Shown here one piece after another: positions 49,201 to 59,820 of a stretch of 64,000 nucleotides of DNA (the stretch's first letter is position 1; every line of letters begins with the position of its first letter). Under the pieces are notes generated by a model. The model did not search any database, was not told the DNA's origin, and was given only the letters and a program-made list of their open reading frames with translations. The translations under genes were made by a program, and so were the position numbers. The stretch lies in the NCBI GenBank assembly GCA_964291405.2, contig OZ219926.1, forward strand, positions 704,001-768,000, in the 5' to 3' direction. Source of the DNA: Thermodesulfobacteriota bacterium (GTDB lineage Bacteria > Desulfobacterota > Binatia > Bin18).

Positions 49201-50804
49201 CTCCCCACCACGATATCTATTCAATTGAAGACCTGGCCCAACTCATTCACGACTTAAAGAACGCCAATACCGAGGCACGAATCAGCGTGAAACTGGTCTC
49301 CGAGGTCGGGGTCGGCACGATTGCCGCCGGCGTTGCCAAAGGTCATGCCGATGTCGTGCTGATTAGTGGTCACGATGGCGGGACCGGGGCCTCGCCGCAG
49401 ACGAGTATTAAGCACGCCGGCCTTCCCTGGGAGCTTGGCCTGGCGGAAACGCATCAAACCCTGGTCCTCAACAATCTGCGCAGCCGGATTGCCGTCGAAA
49501 CCGACGGTCAGCTCAAAACCGGACGAGATGTGATAATCGCCGCCCTGCTGGGCGCGGAAGAGTTCGGTTTCGCCACAGCCGCCCTGGTTTCATTAGGCTG
49601 TATTATGATGCGGGTCTGCCATCTCGACACCTGTCCGGTCGGCGTCGCGACCCAGAATCCTGCCTTGCGTAAGAAGTTCATGGGCGACCCGGTCCACGCA
49701 GTGAATTTCATGCAGTTCGTTGCTCAGGAAATCCGTGAGTATATGGCCCAACTCGGTTTTCGGACCATGAATGACATGATTGGTCGGACTGATAGGATCG
49801 AGGCCCATAAAGCCATAGACCACTGGAAAGCCAAGGGGCTGGACTACACCGATATTCTGCACCAACCCCAGGTGGGTCCCGAGATCGGGCGGTACTGTCA
49901 GATTGGCCAGAACCACGGCATTGAGCGCTCTCTGGATAAGCAGGCCCTGATTGACCTGGCACGTCCGGCGCTGGAACGTCAAGAAAAAGTGTCCGCTACG
50001 CTACCCATTCAAAACGTCAACCGCGTCACCGGAACGATCCTGGGCAGTGAGGTCACCCGACGCTACGGTCGAGACGGCCTGCCGGAAGATACCATACACT
50101 TTCATTTTCAGGGGTCAGCCGGTCAGAGTTTTGGAGCATTTGTCCCACCCGGTATGACGCTGGAACTAGAGGGTGATGCCAATGACTACTTCGCCAAAGG
50201 GCTTTCTGGTGGAAAGGTCATACTGTATCCCCCAACAGGTTCGACTTTTACCGCAGAGGAAAACATCATTGTCGGCAATGTCGCCTTTTATGGAGCGACC
50301 AACGGGGAGGCTTATATTCGCGGTATGGCAGGGGAACGCTTCTGTGTACGCAACAGCGGTGCACGCGCCGTAATCGAAGGAGTCGGCGACCATGGCTGCG
50401 AGTATATGACGGGCGGGCGCGTGATCGTGCTGGGCGAGGCCGGGCGCAACTTCGCTGCAGGCATGTCCGGGGGAATCGCCTACGTCTTGGACAGCAACGC
50501 GACTTTTCACAACCAGTGCAATCTCGAAACCGTCACCCTGGACAGGCTCAACGAGGGCGATCTCCGAGATGTCCGCGCCATGCTGCAAAAACACGTCCAG
50601 TATACCCACAGCACGCAAGCGCAGCAGATTCTTGACAACTGGGAGGCGAGAGCGCTGGAATTTGTCAAAGTCATGCCCAAGGACTATCAACGCATGCTCG
50701 ACGCGATTAACCGGGCCGAGGGTAGTGGCTTAGCCGGCGACGAAGCCATCATGGCGGCCTTTGAGGCCAATAAGAACGATGCCGCACGGGTGAGCGGCAA
50801 CTAA
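46204..50804 (+). CDS. gltB: Glutamate synthase large subunit, interrupted by a 1-nt frameshift near 46884
   Basis: [10 protein letters not shown]-terminus in one frame; [34 protein letters not shown] in the next. Confidence 0.95.
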
Positions 50805-50843
50805 CACTTTGCGACAGCAGGCAGACTGACGAAGGAAGACCGT

Positions 50844-52328
50844 ATGGGGAAGCCTACCGGATTCATGGAATACGAGCGGGAGTTACCCGTAGACCGTTCA
50901 CCAGCCGAGCGGGTTAATGACTGGGAGGAGTTTCATCAGCATTTTCCCGAGAGTAAACTTCAGGAGCAAGGCGGCCGCTGCATGGACTGCGGCATTCCAT
51001 TCTGTCACACCGGAACCTTGATCAGCGGCATGGCCTCGGGTTGCCCGATTAATAACCTAATCCCGGAGTGGAACGACCTAGTCTATCGTGGACTCTGGCG
51101 GGAGGCGCTGGAGCGGCTGCACAAAACCAATAATTTCCCGGAGTTCACCGGTCGGGTGTGCCCGGCGCCGTGCGAGGGGTCATGTGTCCTCGGGATTACG
51201 AATCCACCGGTCACCATCAAAAATATTGAGTGCTCCATCGTTGATCGAGGCTTTGCCGAAGGTTGGGTCATCCCGCACCAACCGGAGAAACGGACCGGGA
51301 AAAAGGTGGCGGTGGTTGGTTCGGGTCCAGCCGGGCTCTCGTGTGCCGCGCAGCTGAATAAGGCTGGCCATACAGTTACGGTCTATGAACGGGCTGACCG
51401 TATCGGCGGCCTACTCATGTATGGCATTCCCAATATGAAGCTGGACAAGGCCATTGTGCAGCGCCGTATCGACCTGATGGCTCAAGAGGGCATTACCTTT
51501 GTGACGAATACGGCCATTGGCAGCGACATTCCGGCTGCGCAATTACAGGAAGATTTTGACGCCATCGTCCTGTGCGGGGGAGCGACAAAACCACGTGACC
51601 TACCGGCAGAAGGCCGCGACCTCAACGGTATTCATTTCGCCATGGAGTTCCTCCACACCAACACCAAAAGCCTGCTCGACTCGGACCTTGCGGATGGAGC
51701 GTATATCTCCGCGACAGATAAAAATGTGATTGTTATTGGAGGTGGAGATACCGGTACCGACTGTGTTGGCACGTCACTCCGCCACAAATGCAAGACGCTG
51801 ACCCAATTTGAAATTCTTCCTCAGCCTCCCTTGGATCGGCAGCCGGACAATCCCTGGCCGGAGTGGCCCAAAATTTTGCGGGTCGATTATGGACAAGAGG
51901 AAGCAGAAGCCCGGTTTGGTGCGGACCCGCGTATTTATCTGATTCAGACGGAACGATTTACAGGTGACGCACACGGCAATGTCAAAGAGCTGCACACTGT
52001 CGAGATAGAATGGGGAAAAAACGAAAACGGCGCATTTATCCCCAAGCCCATCTCAGGAACAGAAAAGGTCTGGCCGGCAGACCTAGTTCTTCTGGCTATG
52101 GGCTTTCTTGGGCCGGAGGACCCGGTCCTCGAACAGCTCGGGGTTGAGCGTGATCCGCGCTCAAATGCTAAAGCAGAATATGGCCAGTTCCAGACAAACG
52201 TGGACGGCGTATTTGCCGCCGGCGATATGCGTCGCGGTCAGAGTCTGGTCGTCTGGGCCTTTAACGAAGGACGCGGGGCAGCCAGGGAGGTAGACCGATA
52301 CCTCATGGGCAGTACCGAGCTGCCATAG
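50844..52328 (+). CDS. gltD: Glutamate synthase small subunit
   Basis: [48 protein letters not shown]. Confidence 0.96.
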   Translation: MGKPTGFMEYERELPVDRSPAERVNDWEEFHQHFPESKLQEQGGRCMDCGIPFCHTGTLISGMASGCPINNLIPEWNDLVYRGLWREALERLHKTNNFPEFTGRVCPAPCEGSCVLGITNPPVTIKNIECSIVDRGFAEGWVIPHQPEKRTGKKVAVVGSGPAGLSCAAQLNKAGHTVTVYERADRIGGLLMYGIPNMKLDKAIVQRRIDLMAQEGITFVTNTAIGSDIPAAQLQEDFDAIVLCGGATKPRDLPAEGRDLNGIHFAMEFLHTNTKSLLDSDLADGAYISATDKNVIVIGGGDTGTDCVGTSLRHKCKTLTQFEILPQPPLDRQPDNPWPEWPKILRVDYGQEEAEARFGADPRIYLIQTERFTGDAHGNVKELHTVEIEWGKNENGAFIPKPISGTEKVWPADLVLLAMGFLGPEDPVLEQLGVERDPRSNAKAEYGQFQTNVDGVFAAGDMRRGQSLVVWAFNEGRGAAREVDRYLMGSTELP

Positions 52329-52376
52329 GGCATGCTCTTAAGATATACAGATAACGGAGTGAAAGGATCAGCCTTC

Positions 52377-52631
52377 ATGAAAAAGATTACCGTCTACTCA
52401 ACAGATTATTGAGGCTTTTGCACCGCAGCAAAGGCTTTGCTCACCCAAAAAGGCGTTCCATTCGAAGACATTGACGTGTCGGACGATCCCACGATGCGGC
52501 AAGAGATTGCTCAGCGTTCAGGACAGCGCACCGTACCCCAGATTTTTATTGGAGAAGAGCCCATCGGCGGCTTCATGGAGTTGCGAGCCCTGGAAGTCAG
52601 TGGCGAGCTAGACGATATGTTGGCCGAGTAG
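52377..52631 (+). CDS. grxC: Glutaredoxin 3-like selenoprotein (U-G-F-C active site)
   Basis: MKKITVYSTDY-TGA-GFC...TVPQIFI...IGG; TGA (52410-52412) at first Cys position of CxxC. Confidence 0.85.
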
Positions 52632-52738
52632 CACGACACCGCTTCGCCTCCGCATTCTCCATCTCAGCCGGCTTGCTTCTCTTTTTCTCCTGCCTGGACT
52701 TTGCTATACCCTCAACATCTTTTTTGAGGAGGAATAGA

Positions 52739-53047
52739 ATGGCACTCTATCTTGACGAAGTCTGGCTCAAGGACCCAAGCCCGGAGCGAATGAAGGAGTT
52801 TGTCGGGCTCATCGGCTCGGCCGCAAAAAATCCTGCCTCGGTCGGCGCCCCACAAGAGGTCCGCTTTGCCGGTGGCCCATGGTTCTCGAATGAAGAGCCC
52901 AAAGTCATCTTTCTGGTGGATATTCCCGACCATACTCCGACCTTCCAGGTCTTTGGCAAAATCGTCTCGAGCGGCCTGGTTGAAAAGCGACGCCTGACTC
53001 CGATTGTGGAATGGAGCGAGGTCGAGAAGCTGGTCGAGCAGTTGTAA
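52739..53047 (+). CDS. Hypothetical protein (probable dimeric alpha/beta barrel)
   Basis: GAGGAGG SD; 102-aa ORF with normal composition. Confidence 0.7.
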   Translation: MALYLDEVWLKDPSPERMKEFVGLIGSAAKNPASVGAPQEVRFAGGPWFSNEEPKVIFLVDIPDHTPTFQVFGKIVSSGLVEKRRLTPIVEWSEVEKLVEQL

Positions 53048-53075
53048 CGGTCCCGGCAAATGGCTCTTCTCTCAG

Positions 53076-53534
53076 TCAGTCGCTGGGAGGAGGTTGGACC
53101 AGCTCAAGAACGATCTGGTCGGGGTCCCAAAAGTAGCAGGTGTACCCTCCCCGGTTGACGCCTGAAGTGATGGCGTTCGGCGGCGAGAAGAAATGAACGC
53201 CGGCCGCCGTGAGTTGCTCGTAACGAGCGTGGATGTCTGTAACCGTTAGCGCGAGATGGGCCTCGCCGGGATTACAGATGTCCGGCTTCTGCCGCCTGCC
53301 TTTCGGATGGATGTACTCAACCAACTCAAGGTCGTGGGTCGAGCGACCGCGCGGCTGGCCTGGGATGACGAATTGGGCAACCTTGAGGTGGGCGTTCTCG
53401 TACCCAACCAAACGACTCGTATAGGCGTTGGCCTGTTCCTGGACGAGCAGCAACTCGAGTCCGAGCTGCTGGTAAAACGCGATTGATCGTTCAAGGTCCG
53501 AAACGGTTAGGCTGAAATGCCATACGCCCAACAT
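53076..53534 (-). CDS. VOC/glyoxalase family protein
   Basis: HFSLTVSDLERSIAFY, LELVEY, HLALTVTDI, YFWDPD..LELVQ. Confidence 0.9.
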   Translation of the reverse strand: MLGVWHFSLTVSDLERSIAFYQQLGLELLLVQEQANAYTSRLVGYENAHLKVAQFVIPGQPRGRSTHDLELVEYIHPKGRRQKPDICNPGEAHLALTVTDIHARYEQLTAAGVHFFSPPNAITSGVNRGGYTCYFWDPDQIVLELVQPPPSD

Positions 53535-53584
53535 GGCAGACTCCTTTGACGCTCAAGAAATAGAGAGCGCGTCTTCCGGATCCC

Positions 53585-54361
53585 TCAGTCAAATGCCAAT
53601 CCGCCGCAGACGTTAAGCGCTTGGCCGGTTATATAGCTCGCTGCATCTGACAGGAGAAACCAAATAACCTCAGCAACTTCCTGGGGACTTTCGATCCGTC
53701 CGAGGGGAATCGTGTCGGCCAACCCAGCCAGGGATTCTTCCACGCTGATGCCACGCCGGACAGCCCGTTCCCTATGGATGCCATACGTCATTGGAGTATC
53801 AACGATTCCTGGGCAGACCGCATTGACTTGGATATTGGCAGCAGCGAGACTGGCGGCGGCGGAGCGAACCAAACTGATGAGGCCGGCCTTACTCGCCGCG
53901 TAGTCGCTACTATCGGCACGTGGACCACGCCCGGCAACCGAGGCAACCATCACCATCCGGCCGGGTTGATTGTTCTCGATCAGGTGACGCCCAGTGGCCT
54001 GGATACTGCAAAATGCACCGGTCAGATTCACCTCGAACGTCTGTCGCCACTGACGGAGAGACAGCTCCAGGAAGTTGCCGGTATAGATAATGCCGGCCGT
54101 ATACACGAGCCGGGTGACGACACCGAAGGCCGCGTGCGCCTGGGCAATCAAAGAGGCAACGGACGCCTCATCGGTTACGTCAACGCTGCGGGCGAGGGCT
54201 TCGGTGGGGAGATTAGCGACGCTTGCCTCAGCACGCGCATAATCGATATCAGCGGCAACAAGCGGGACCCCCAGGTCGGCGAGCTTGGCAATAACCGCGC
54301 TGCCAATACCACCGCACCCAACCACCACAGTGGCTCCGCCAAGTGAGTCACGCCCTGCCAT
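53585..54361 (-). CDS. SDR family oxidoreductase
   Basis: GCGGIG, YAASK, VNAVCPG, YITGQALNVCGG. Confidence 0.9.
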   Translation of the reverse strand: MAGRDSLGGATVVVGCGGIGSAVIAKLADLGVPLVAADIDYARAEASVANLPTEALARSVDVTDEASVASLIAQAHAAFGVVTRLVYTAGIIYTGNFLELSLRQWRQTFEVNLTGAFCSIQATGRHLIENNQPGRMVMVASVAGRGPRADSSDYAASKAGLISLVRSAAASLAAANIQVNAVCPGIVDTPMTYGIHRERAVRRGISVEESLAGLADTIPLGRIESPQEVAEVIWFLLSDAASYITGQALNVCGGLAFD

Positions 54362-54382
54362 TGCGTCTCCTCGGAGGGAAAT

Positions 54383-54416
54383 CCCCACCCTGGCCCTCTC
54401 CCGAAAGGGGAGGAAA
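54383..54416. repeat. REP-like extragenic palindrome
   Basis: CCCCACCCTGGCCCTCTCCCGAAAGGGGAGG, resembling common CCCTCTCCC-loop-GGGAGAGG elements; only one copy seen. Confidence 0.4.
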
Positions 54417-54469
54417 CAGATCTCGGGGGCGATACTGTCTCCCTCTGCCTGACAGTCTGTGTCCGCCTC

Positions 54470-55369
54470 TTAAGCCGCCGTCTCACACACCCCGCAGGCT
54501 TCCGGGTCGTTCTGCTCGGCCAGAATACGGTCTTCTTCGGTTTGATACTGCGGAGTATCGCGGCGTGGGGTGCGGGTGTCGCCGTCATTCATCACGCTAT
54601 CTTTCCAGCCATCGTCCTCCGCCCAGCGGAACGGCAGGTGCTTGATCTGACCAGGCTCTGTAAACGAGGAGAACGCCTCAAGGGCCTCTAGCAGGATCGC
54701 GCGCTGGAGTTCCGGCTCGAACGGCTTGCCGGTTGTGTGGCCGAGCAAGTAGTCGAGAAAGGCCGCGCGCGGCGGATAAACGGACTGGAGAATATCCAGC
54801 GCACTCCCCATGCATAATGTCGGGATACCGGCGGCCTCAGCACTACGGGCAATCAGTCCCACGGACTGATGACACACCGGTCAAACGGGGACCAGCAAAG
54901 CCACATCAACGCGCTCGGCCTTCAACTGTTCGGTCAATTGCGGGGCTAATGCCTCACGGACTTTCCGAGTCGAATAAATCCCGCCCATAAAGGTAAAGGC
55001 ACGGTCAGCCAGCTCACCAATGACGCCCTCTTCTTCCAAGCGACGGAGCGTGTCAATCGGGAAAACGACGTTGGGATCACGCCGGGCGTCGGTCTGGTCG
55101 TAGGCAAAATGGGCGGTCCGCAGGTCTGAGGTTGCGACATCCTTGGGGATCGCTCGGAAGGAAAAATCATCCTTGGTATGAAAGGCGACCTGGCCGGTCA
55201 CATAAATGCCCCCGGAAGCGATCAGACCCAGGCGGCACTCCGACAGTGGCTTGGTCAGCGGGGTCCACGGCGGCGTGTCTTCGTTATGCACCCATTGATA
55301 CGTCTTGTAGCCCAGCGCGGCATAATTATCCGTAATGCGCTTGATGTACTCGACTGGTGGCTTCTGCAT
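54470..55369 (-). CDS. PrdB/GrdB-family (proline/glycine reductase selenoprotein B-like) selenoprotein, U-P-V-C motif
   Basis: Two track ORFs joined in frame across TGA 54881-54883: VDVALLVPV-U-PVCHQSVGLIAR...GIPT; DPNVVFPID family motif; SECIS-like hairpin follows. Confidence 0.88.
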
Positions 55370-55445
55370 ATATTCCTCCAACGCCTTCAGACTGTCAGGT
55401 TTTCTTTCCAAAGACAACGGGCCTCTGTTCCGTTTTCCCGAGTCT

Positions 55446-56228
55446 TTACGCTGATACGTCGTCGAATGCGGCAATAACCGGTGCGTGATCCGAAGCTCCC
55501 TTGCCTTTGCGCGCCTCGCGGTCTATAGCAACGTCCGTGCAGCGCTCGGCCAACGACTGGGTGACAAGAATGTGGTCAATACGCAGCCCCTTGTTTTTGG
55601 GGAAGGCCAGTTGACGATAATCCCACCAGCTATACAGCTTTCCTTCGGCGTGATGGAGGCGAAACGTATCAACCAGACCCCAGTCACACAGAGCAGAAAA
55701 TGTTTGGCGCATGTCCGGATGAAACAGGACGCTGTCTTCCCACTCCTCCGGGTCATGGACATCCCGCGCTTCGGGCGCGATATTCAGATCTCCGCACAGG
55801 GCGAGCGGTTTTCCGGCATCACCCTGTGCGTCAAGAAAGTGCCGGACGCGACTCAGCCAGGTGCGCTTATACGCAAACTTCTCGCTTCCGACTATCTGTC
55901 CGTTCGGAACGTAGAGACACAGGATATGGACCCCTGCAATCTGGGCGGACAAGAAGCGAGCTTCGGGGTCTTCGGGGTCACCATCGAGGCGGCGCACGAC
56001 CTGGCTCGGCTCCGAGCGAGACAGGATAGCGACGCCATTATACGTCTTTTGTCCACAAACGGTCACACAGTAGCCAACATCCTCAAATTCGCGGTGAGGA
56101 AAGGCATTATCCACGACTTTTGTTTCTTGCAGACAAACAATGTCAGGCAGTTGCTGGCGGGTGAGCCATTCCAACACCCGCTCCTTGCGCGCCCGAATCG
56201 AATTAACGTTCCAAGTGGCAATACGCAC
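55446..56228 (-). CDS. xth: Exodeoxyribonuclease III
   Basis: ATWNVNSIR, CLQETK, YNGVAIL, GDLNIAP, YSWWDYR, RIDH, SDHAPV. Confidence 0.95.
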   Translation of the reverse strand: MRIATWNVNSIRARKERVLEWLTRQQLPDIVCLQETKVVDNAFPHREFEDVGYCVTVCGQKTYNGVAILSRSEPSQVVRRLDGDPEDPEARFLSAQIAGVHILCLYVPNGQIVGSEKFAYKRTWLSRVRHFLDAQGDAGKPLALCGDLNIAPEARDVHDPEEWEDSVLFHPDMRQTFSALCDWGLVDTFRLHHAEGKLYSWWDYRQLAFPKNKGLRIDHILVTQSLAERCTDVAIDREARKGKGASDHAPVIAAFDDVSA

Positions 56229-56236
56229 CAGTCGGC

Positions 56237-57826
56237 CTATGATCCGGCTCCGGCCAAGAGTGCTCCCTGGAGACCAATCTTGCCATACGTCAGACCGGCA
56301 AAGGATGGGACCGAGTGCGTTAATTCGCTAAAGACGTCAGTAATCGAAACAGAGTCCGGGCCGTCCAACTGCGTGCTCAGCAAAGCCAGCGCTTCCCAAC
56401 CGGCTTTCGCTTCTCCCGGTGGCGGGAAGGCATGAGAGAGCCGCTGGACCCGCCCGGCCTGATTCGTACACGTCCCGTCCGTCTCCACGGCCGCCGCGAT
56501 CGGCAGAATAATGTCTGCATACTCTGTCGTGCCATTATAATCCGTGTCAAGCACGATAACGGTTGTTTCGCCCAGGGCACTATCAATGCGTTCTTGGCCG
56601 AATGCCGTGACGAGGTCCGCGCCAAGAATAAAGAGGACTTTTACCTCCCCCTGCTCTACCGCAGCGAGAACCGCCTCGGCCTCGCCTCCTCCGTTCAGCA
56701 GGCCCAGACTTTTCAGTCCTTGCGTATTCGGGTTTTTGTCGGCGTGGATCAAAAAGTCATCATGAAACGCATCGGCCGGAGACCATGACAAGCCTGCCGT
56801 GTGTGTGGAGCCGATTTGCTCTCTGAGGAGACGGGAAAGAAGAAAGGCTTCTTCGTTGGTTGCCTTGGCACCAATAACCGCCGCGACCGCATCCGCACCA
56901 TGCTCGTCTTGGGTCGAACGGACGGCTTGTGCCACCTTTTTTCCAGCCTCGTCCCACGAAGCGACTGTAAAAGACGATTCACTGCGGACTAAGGGGGTGG
57001 GAATCCGGCTTTCCTGTTGGAAGGACTTATACCAATGCCGCCCCTCATCACACATCCAGTACGCATTGACGTCGAGATTTTGGCGCGGACGAAACCGAAA
57101 GACCTCGCCCCGCCGATGGTAGATATCGATATTGCAGCCAGTGGCGCAGCGGGTGCAGGTTGAGGGCGTTTTTTCAAGATACCAGACCCGGGACTTGAAG
57201 CGGAAATCCTTGCTCGTCAGTGCCCCCACCGGGCACACATCAACAACATTGCCGGAGTAGGGATTGTCGAGTTGCTTCCCAGGAAAGAGACTGATGCGGG
57301 AATGATCCCCGCGTTCAAAAATGCCTAACTCGCCAGTCTGGGTTATTTCATCGCAGAAGCGGGTACAGCGGGCACATAGAATGCAGCGCTCTTCGTCGAG
57401 CACAACTTCAGGTCCAAGGTCAACCACTTTCCCCTTATGCACCTTGGCTTCAAGCTGCATCTCGCTCTTATAGGCACCGTACAGCATGTAATAGTCTTGG
57501 AGCTTGCACTCGCCAGCCTGGTCGCAGATGGGGCAATCGATCGGGTGGTTAATGAGAAGAAATTCGAGCACCGCGGCTTGGGCATGTTTCGCTCTTTCAC
57601 TGGTGGTTTTTACCACCATCCCATCGGCAACACGTGTATTACAGCCAATCTGAAGTTTGGGAACGTTTTCGATCTCGACCAGGCACATGCGGCAGTTGCC
57701 CGATATGCTGAGTCCGGGATGGTAACAGTAGTGCGGCACTTCAATGCCGACCTGTTCGGCAGCCTGGATGACGTTGAGGCCATCTTCGACCGTCACTTCT
57801 TGACCATCGATTTCAAGTGTTGGCAT
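56237..57826 (-). CDS. nuoG: NADH-quinone oxidoreductase subunit G (short form)
   Basis: PHYCYHP, GNCRMCLVE, NHPIDCPICDQAGECKLQ, RCILCARC, CPVGALT. Confidence 0.9.
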   Translation of the reverse strand: MPTLEIDGQEVTVEDGLNVIQAAEQVGIEVPHYCYHPGLSISGNCRMCLVEIENVPKLQIGCNTRVADGMVVKTTSERAKHAQAAVLEFLLINHPIDCPICDQAGECKLQDYYMLYGAYKSEMQLEAKVHKGKVVDLGPEVVLDEERCILCARCTRFCDEITQTGELGIFERGDHSRISLFPGKQLDNPYSGNVVDVCPVGALTSKDFRFKSRVWYLEKTPSTCTRCATGCNIDIYHRRGEVFRFRPRQNLDVNAYWMCDEGRHWYKSFQQESRIPTPLVRSESSFTVASWDEAGKKVAQAVRSTQDEHGADAVAAVIGAKATNEEAFLLSRLLREQIGSTHTAGLSWSPADAFHDDFLIHADKNPNTQGLKSLGLLNGGGEAEAVLAAVEQGEVKVLFILGADLVTAFGQERIDSALGETTVIVLDTDYNGTTEYADIILPIAAAVETDGTCTNQAGRVQRLSHAFPPPGEAKAGWEALALLSTQLDGPDSVSITDVFSELTHSVPSFAGLTYGKIGLQGALLAGAGS

Positions 57827-57845
57827 GAAAACCTCTGGGGTAGAC

Positions 57846-59138
57846 TTAGGCGGCTTCGGGCTGGACCGCTGCTTTTTTCAGCGGGCAACCGCCTTCCGTC
57901 ACATGGGCAACGAACTCATCACGGAACTTCGTCAGATAACTCTGGGTTGGCATGGCAGCCGCGTCAGCTAGGACACACACCGTATTGCCCATCATATTGG
58001 TACAAATCCGATCTATCAGGTCGATATCCTCGGCTTTGCCGTTGCCTTCTTCGAGTCGAACCAGGAGCTTGTGCAACCAGCCGGTTCCCTCCCGACACGG
58101 CGAGCACTGGCCGCAAGACTCATGGTGATAGAAGCGGTCAACGATCTCCAAGGCGCGCACCATACAGGTATCTTCGTCCATCACGATAATACCGGCGGTG
58201 CCCAGAAAGGCGCCAATGGCGCGCATGGAGTCAAAATCCATATGGACGTCAATCTCATCCGGCGTCAAAACGGGGAACGACGACCCGGCCGGCATGACGG
58301 CCTTGAGTTGCTTGCCATCCTTGATGCCCCCCGCATAGTCGTAAATCACCTCGCGCAGCGGCATACCCATGGGCAGTTCGAACATACCGGGCTTCTCAAC
58401 ATGCCCGCTGACTCCATATATTTTAGGACCCGGCCCGCTTTCCGGCCCAATGGACCGAAACCAGTCCGGGCCGTTTTTGATGATAGACGGCACGCAGGCA
58501 AGCGTTTCCACGTTATTCACAATAGTTGGACACCCAAATAAGCCGTATACGGCCGGGAACGGCGGTTTAATGCGCGGGTAGGCACGCTTGCCTTCAATCG
58601 ACTCAATCAGGCCGGTCTCCTCCCCACAAATATAGGCCCCAGCTCCCCGGTGGATATAGACCTCAAGATCAAATCCGGTGCCGAAAATATCTTTGCCAAA
58701 CAGTCCCTGGTCATACGCCTCGGCCAAAGCCTGTTCCAGGCATTTTGCGCCGTAGGCGAATTCACCCCTAATATAGATATAGGCCGTATGGGCGTTGATG
58801 GCGTAGCAGGTGATGAGAATCCCTTCGAGCAGGATATGGGTGTTCTTCTCGATGATCGCCCGATCTTTGAACGTTCCGGGCTCACTCTCGTCGGCATTGC
58901 AACACAGATAGACGGGCTTATCCGAGTCCTTGGGTAAGAACCCCCATTTGACGCCGGCCGGAAAACCCGCCCCACCTCGCCCACGCAGGTTCGATTCTTT
59001 TACTTGGGCAGTGACTTCCTCAGGCTTGAGCGTCGTCAGCGCCTCGCGTGCTGCGACATAGCCATCATGGGCCAGGTAGACATCAAGCTTGTGAATGTCA
59101 GGGACATCTTCATGGCGCAGTAAGACGTTTTCGGCCAT
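57846..59138 (-). CDS. nuoF: NADH-quinone oxidoreductase subunit F
   Basis: LRGRGGAGFP, NADESEPGTFKDR, GAGAYICGEET, ESCGQCSPCREG. Confidence 0.96.
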   Translation of the reverse strand: MAENVLLRHEDVPDIHKLDVYLAHDGYVAAREALTTLKPEEVTAQVKESNLRGRGGAGFPAGVKWGFLPKDSDKPVYLCCNADESEPGTFKDRAIIEKNTHILLEGILITCYAINAHTAYIYIRGEFAYGAKCLEQALAEAYDQGLFGKDIFGTGFDLEVYIHRGAGAYICGEETGLIESIEGKRAYPRIKPPFPAVYGLFGCPTIVNNVETLACVPSIIKNGPDWFRSIGPESGPGPKIYGVSGHVEKPGMFELPMGMPLREVIYDYAGGIKDGKQLKAVMPAGSSFPVLTPDEIDVHMDFDSMRAIGAFLGTAGIIVMDEDTCMVRALEIVDRFYHHESCGQCSPCREGTGWLHKLLVRLEEGNGKAEDIDLIDRICTNMMGNTVCVLADAAAMPTQSYLTKFRDEFVAHVTEGGCPLKKAAVQPEAA

Positions 59139-59285
59139 TCGTCCTTCCTTATCTCTCCTAAGGGAACATAAAATAAAGAGAAAATATCAGCTCCGGTCAG
59201 GATATCGGCCCCAGTTTTGAGTGTCAAACATCCTTATCGGGCGGCCATTTACATTTCTAGTGCCCTCTGGTTTAACGTCCGCCTG

Positions 59286-59816
59286 ATGAGTGATTTCATT
59301 CTCTTATGGACGCATGTCCTCAGCTTGGCGGTCTTCTTTGGCAGCGGCGTCACCCTCCTCGTCACCCTGCTTCCACCAGCCGCTCAGATTGATGACCCAG
59401 CGGCAAAACAAACCTACCTGGCCAAGGGTCTGAAATACTACAATCCACTCAGCATCGGCTCACTCGGAGTCGTGCTGATGACTGGCGCGTGGAATCTCAC
59501 GGCATTCAAAGCCAAGCCAGGCTTAGCATTCTTTACTCCAGAGGGATATTTATCAGACTTTGGAAGTCTGCTAAGCCTCAAACTCCTCATTGTCTTTATT
59601 CTGATTAACGTGAGCGCTGCGGTTTCCCTGGGCATGGGTCATCGCCTGGTCCGCACGGAGGTACGCGGGGAGGCCTTCCCGCCGGATAAGCTGCCTGGTC
59701 TGGTCAGGCGCATTCAAATTTTTACCGGAGTGGCGCTGGCCCTGACCGCCTGGATTGTCTGGATTTCGCTCGATATGTCGCGGCTGGGGTTGGCGGTGTC
59801 GGGATTGAGCTCATAG
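59286..59816 (+). CDS. Four-TM membrane protein (CopD-like topology)
   Basis: LWTHVL, VVLMTGAWN, LSLKLLIV pattern. Confidence 0.65.
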   Translation: MSDFILLWTHVLSLAVFFGSGVTLLVTLLPPAAQIDDPAAKQTYLAKGLKYYNPLSIGSLGVVLMTGAWNLTAFKAKPGLAFFTPEGYLSDFGSLLSLKLLIVFILINVSAAVSLGMGHRLVRTEVRGEAFPPDKLPGLVRRIQIFTGVALALTAWIVWISLDMSRLGLAVSGLSS

Positions 59817-59820
59817 GCAC

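Noticed and set aside
59179-59214. 18-bp imperfect tandem repeat upstream of nuoF
   Set aside because: Only two degenerate copies; could be an operator but unsupported
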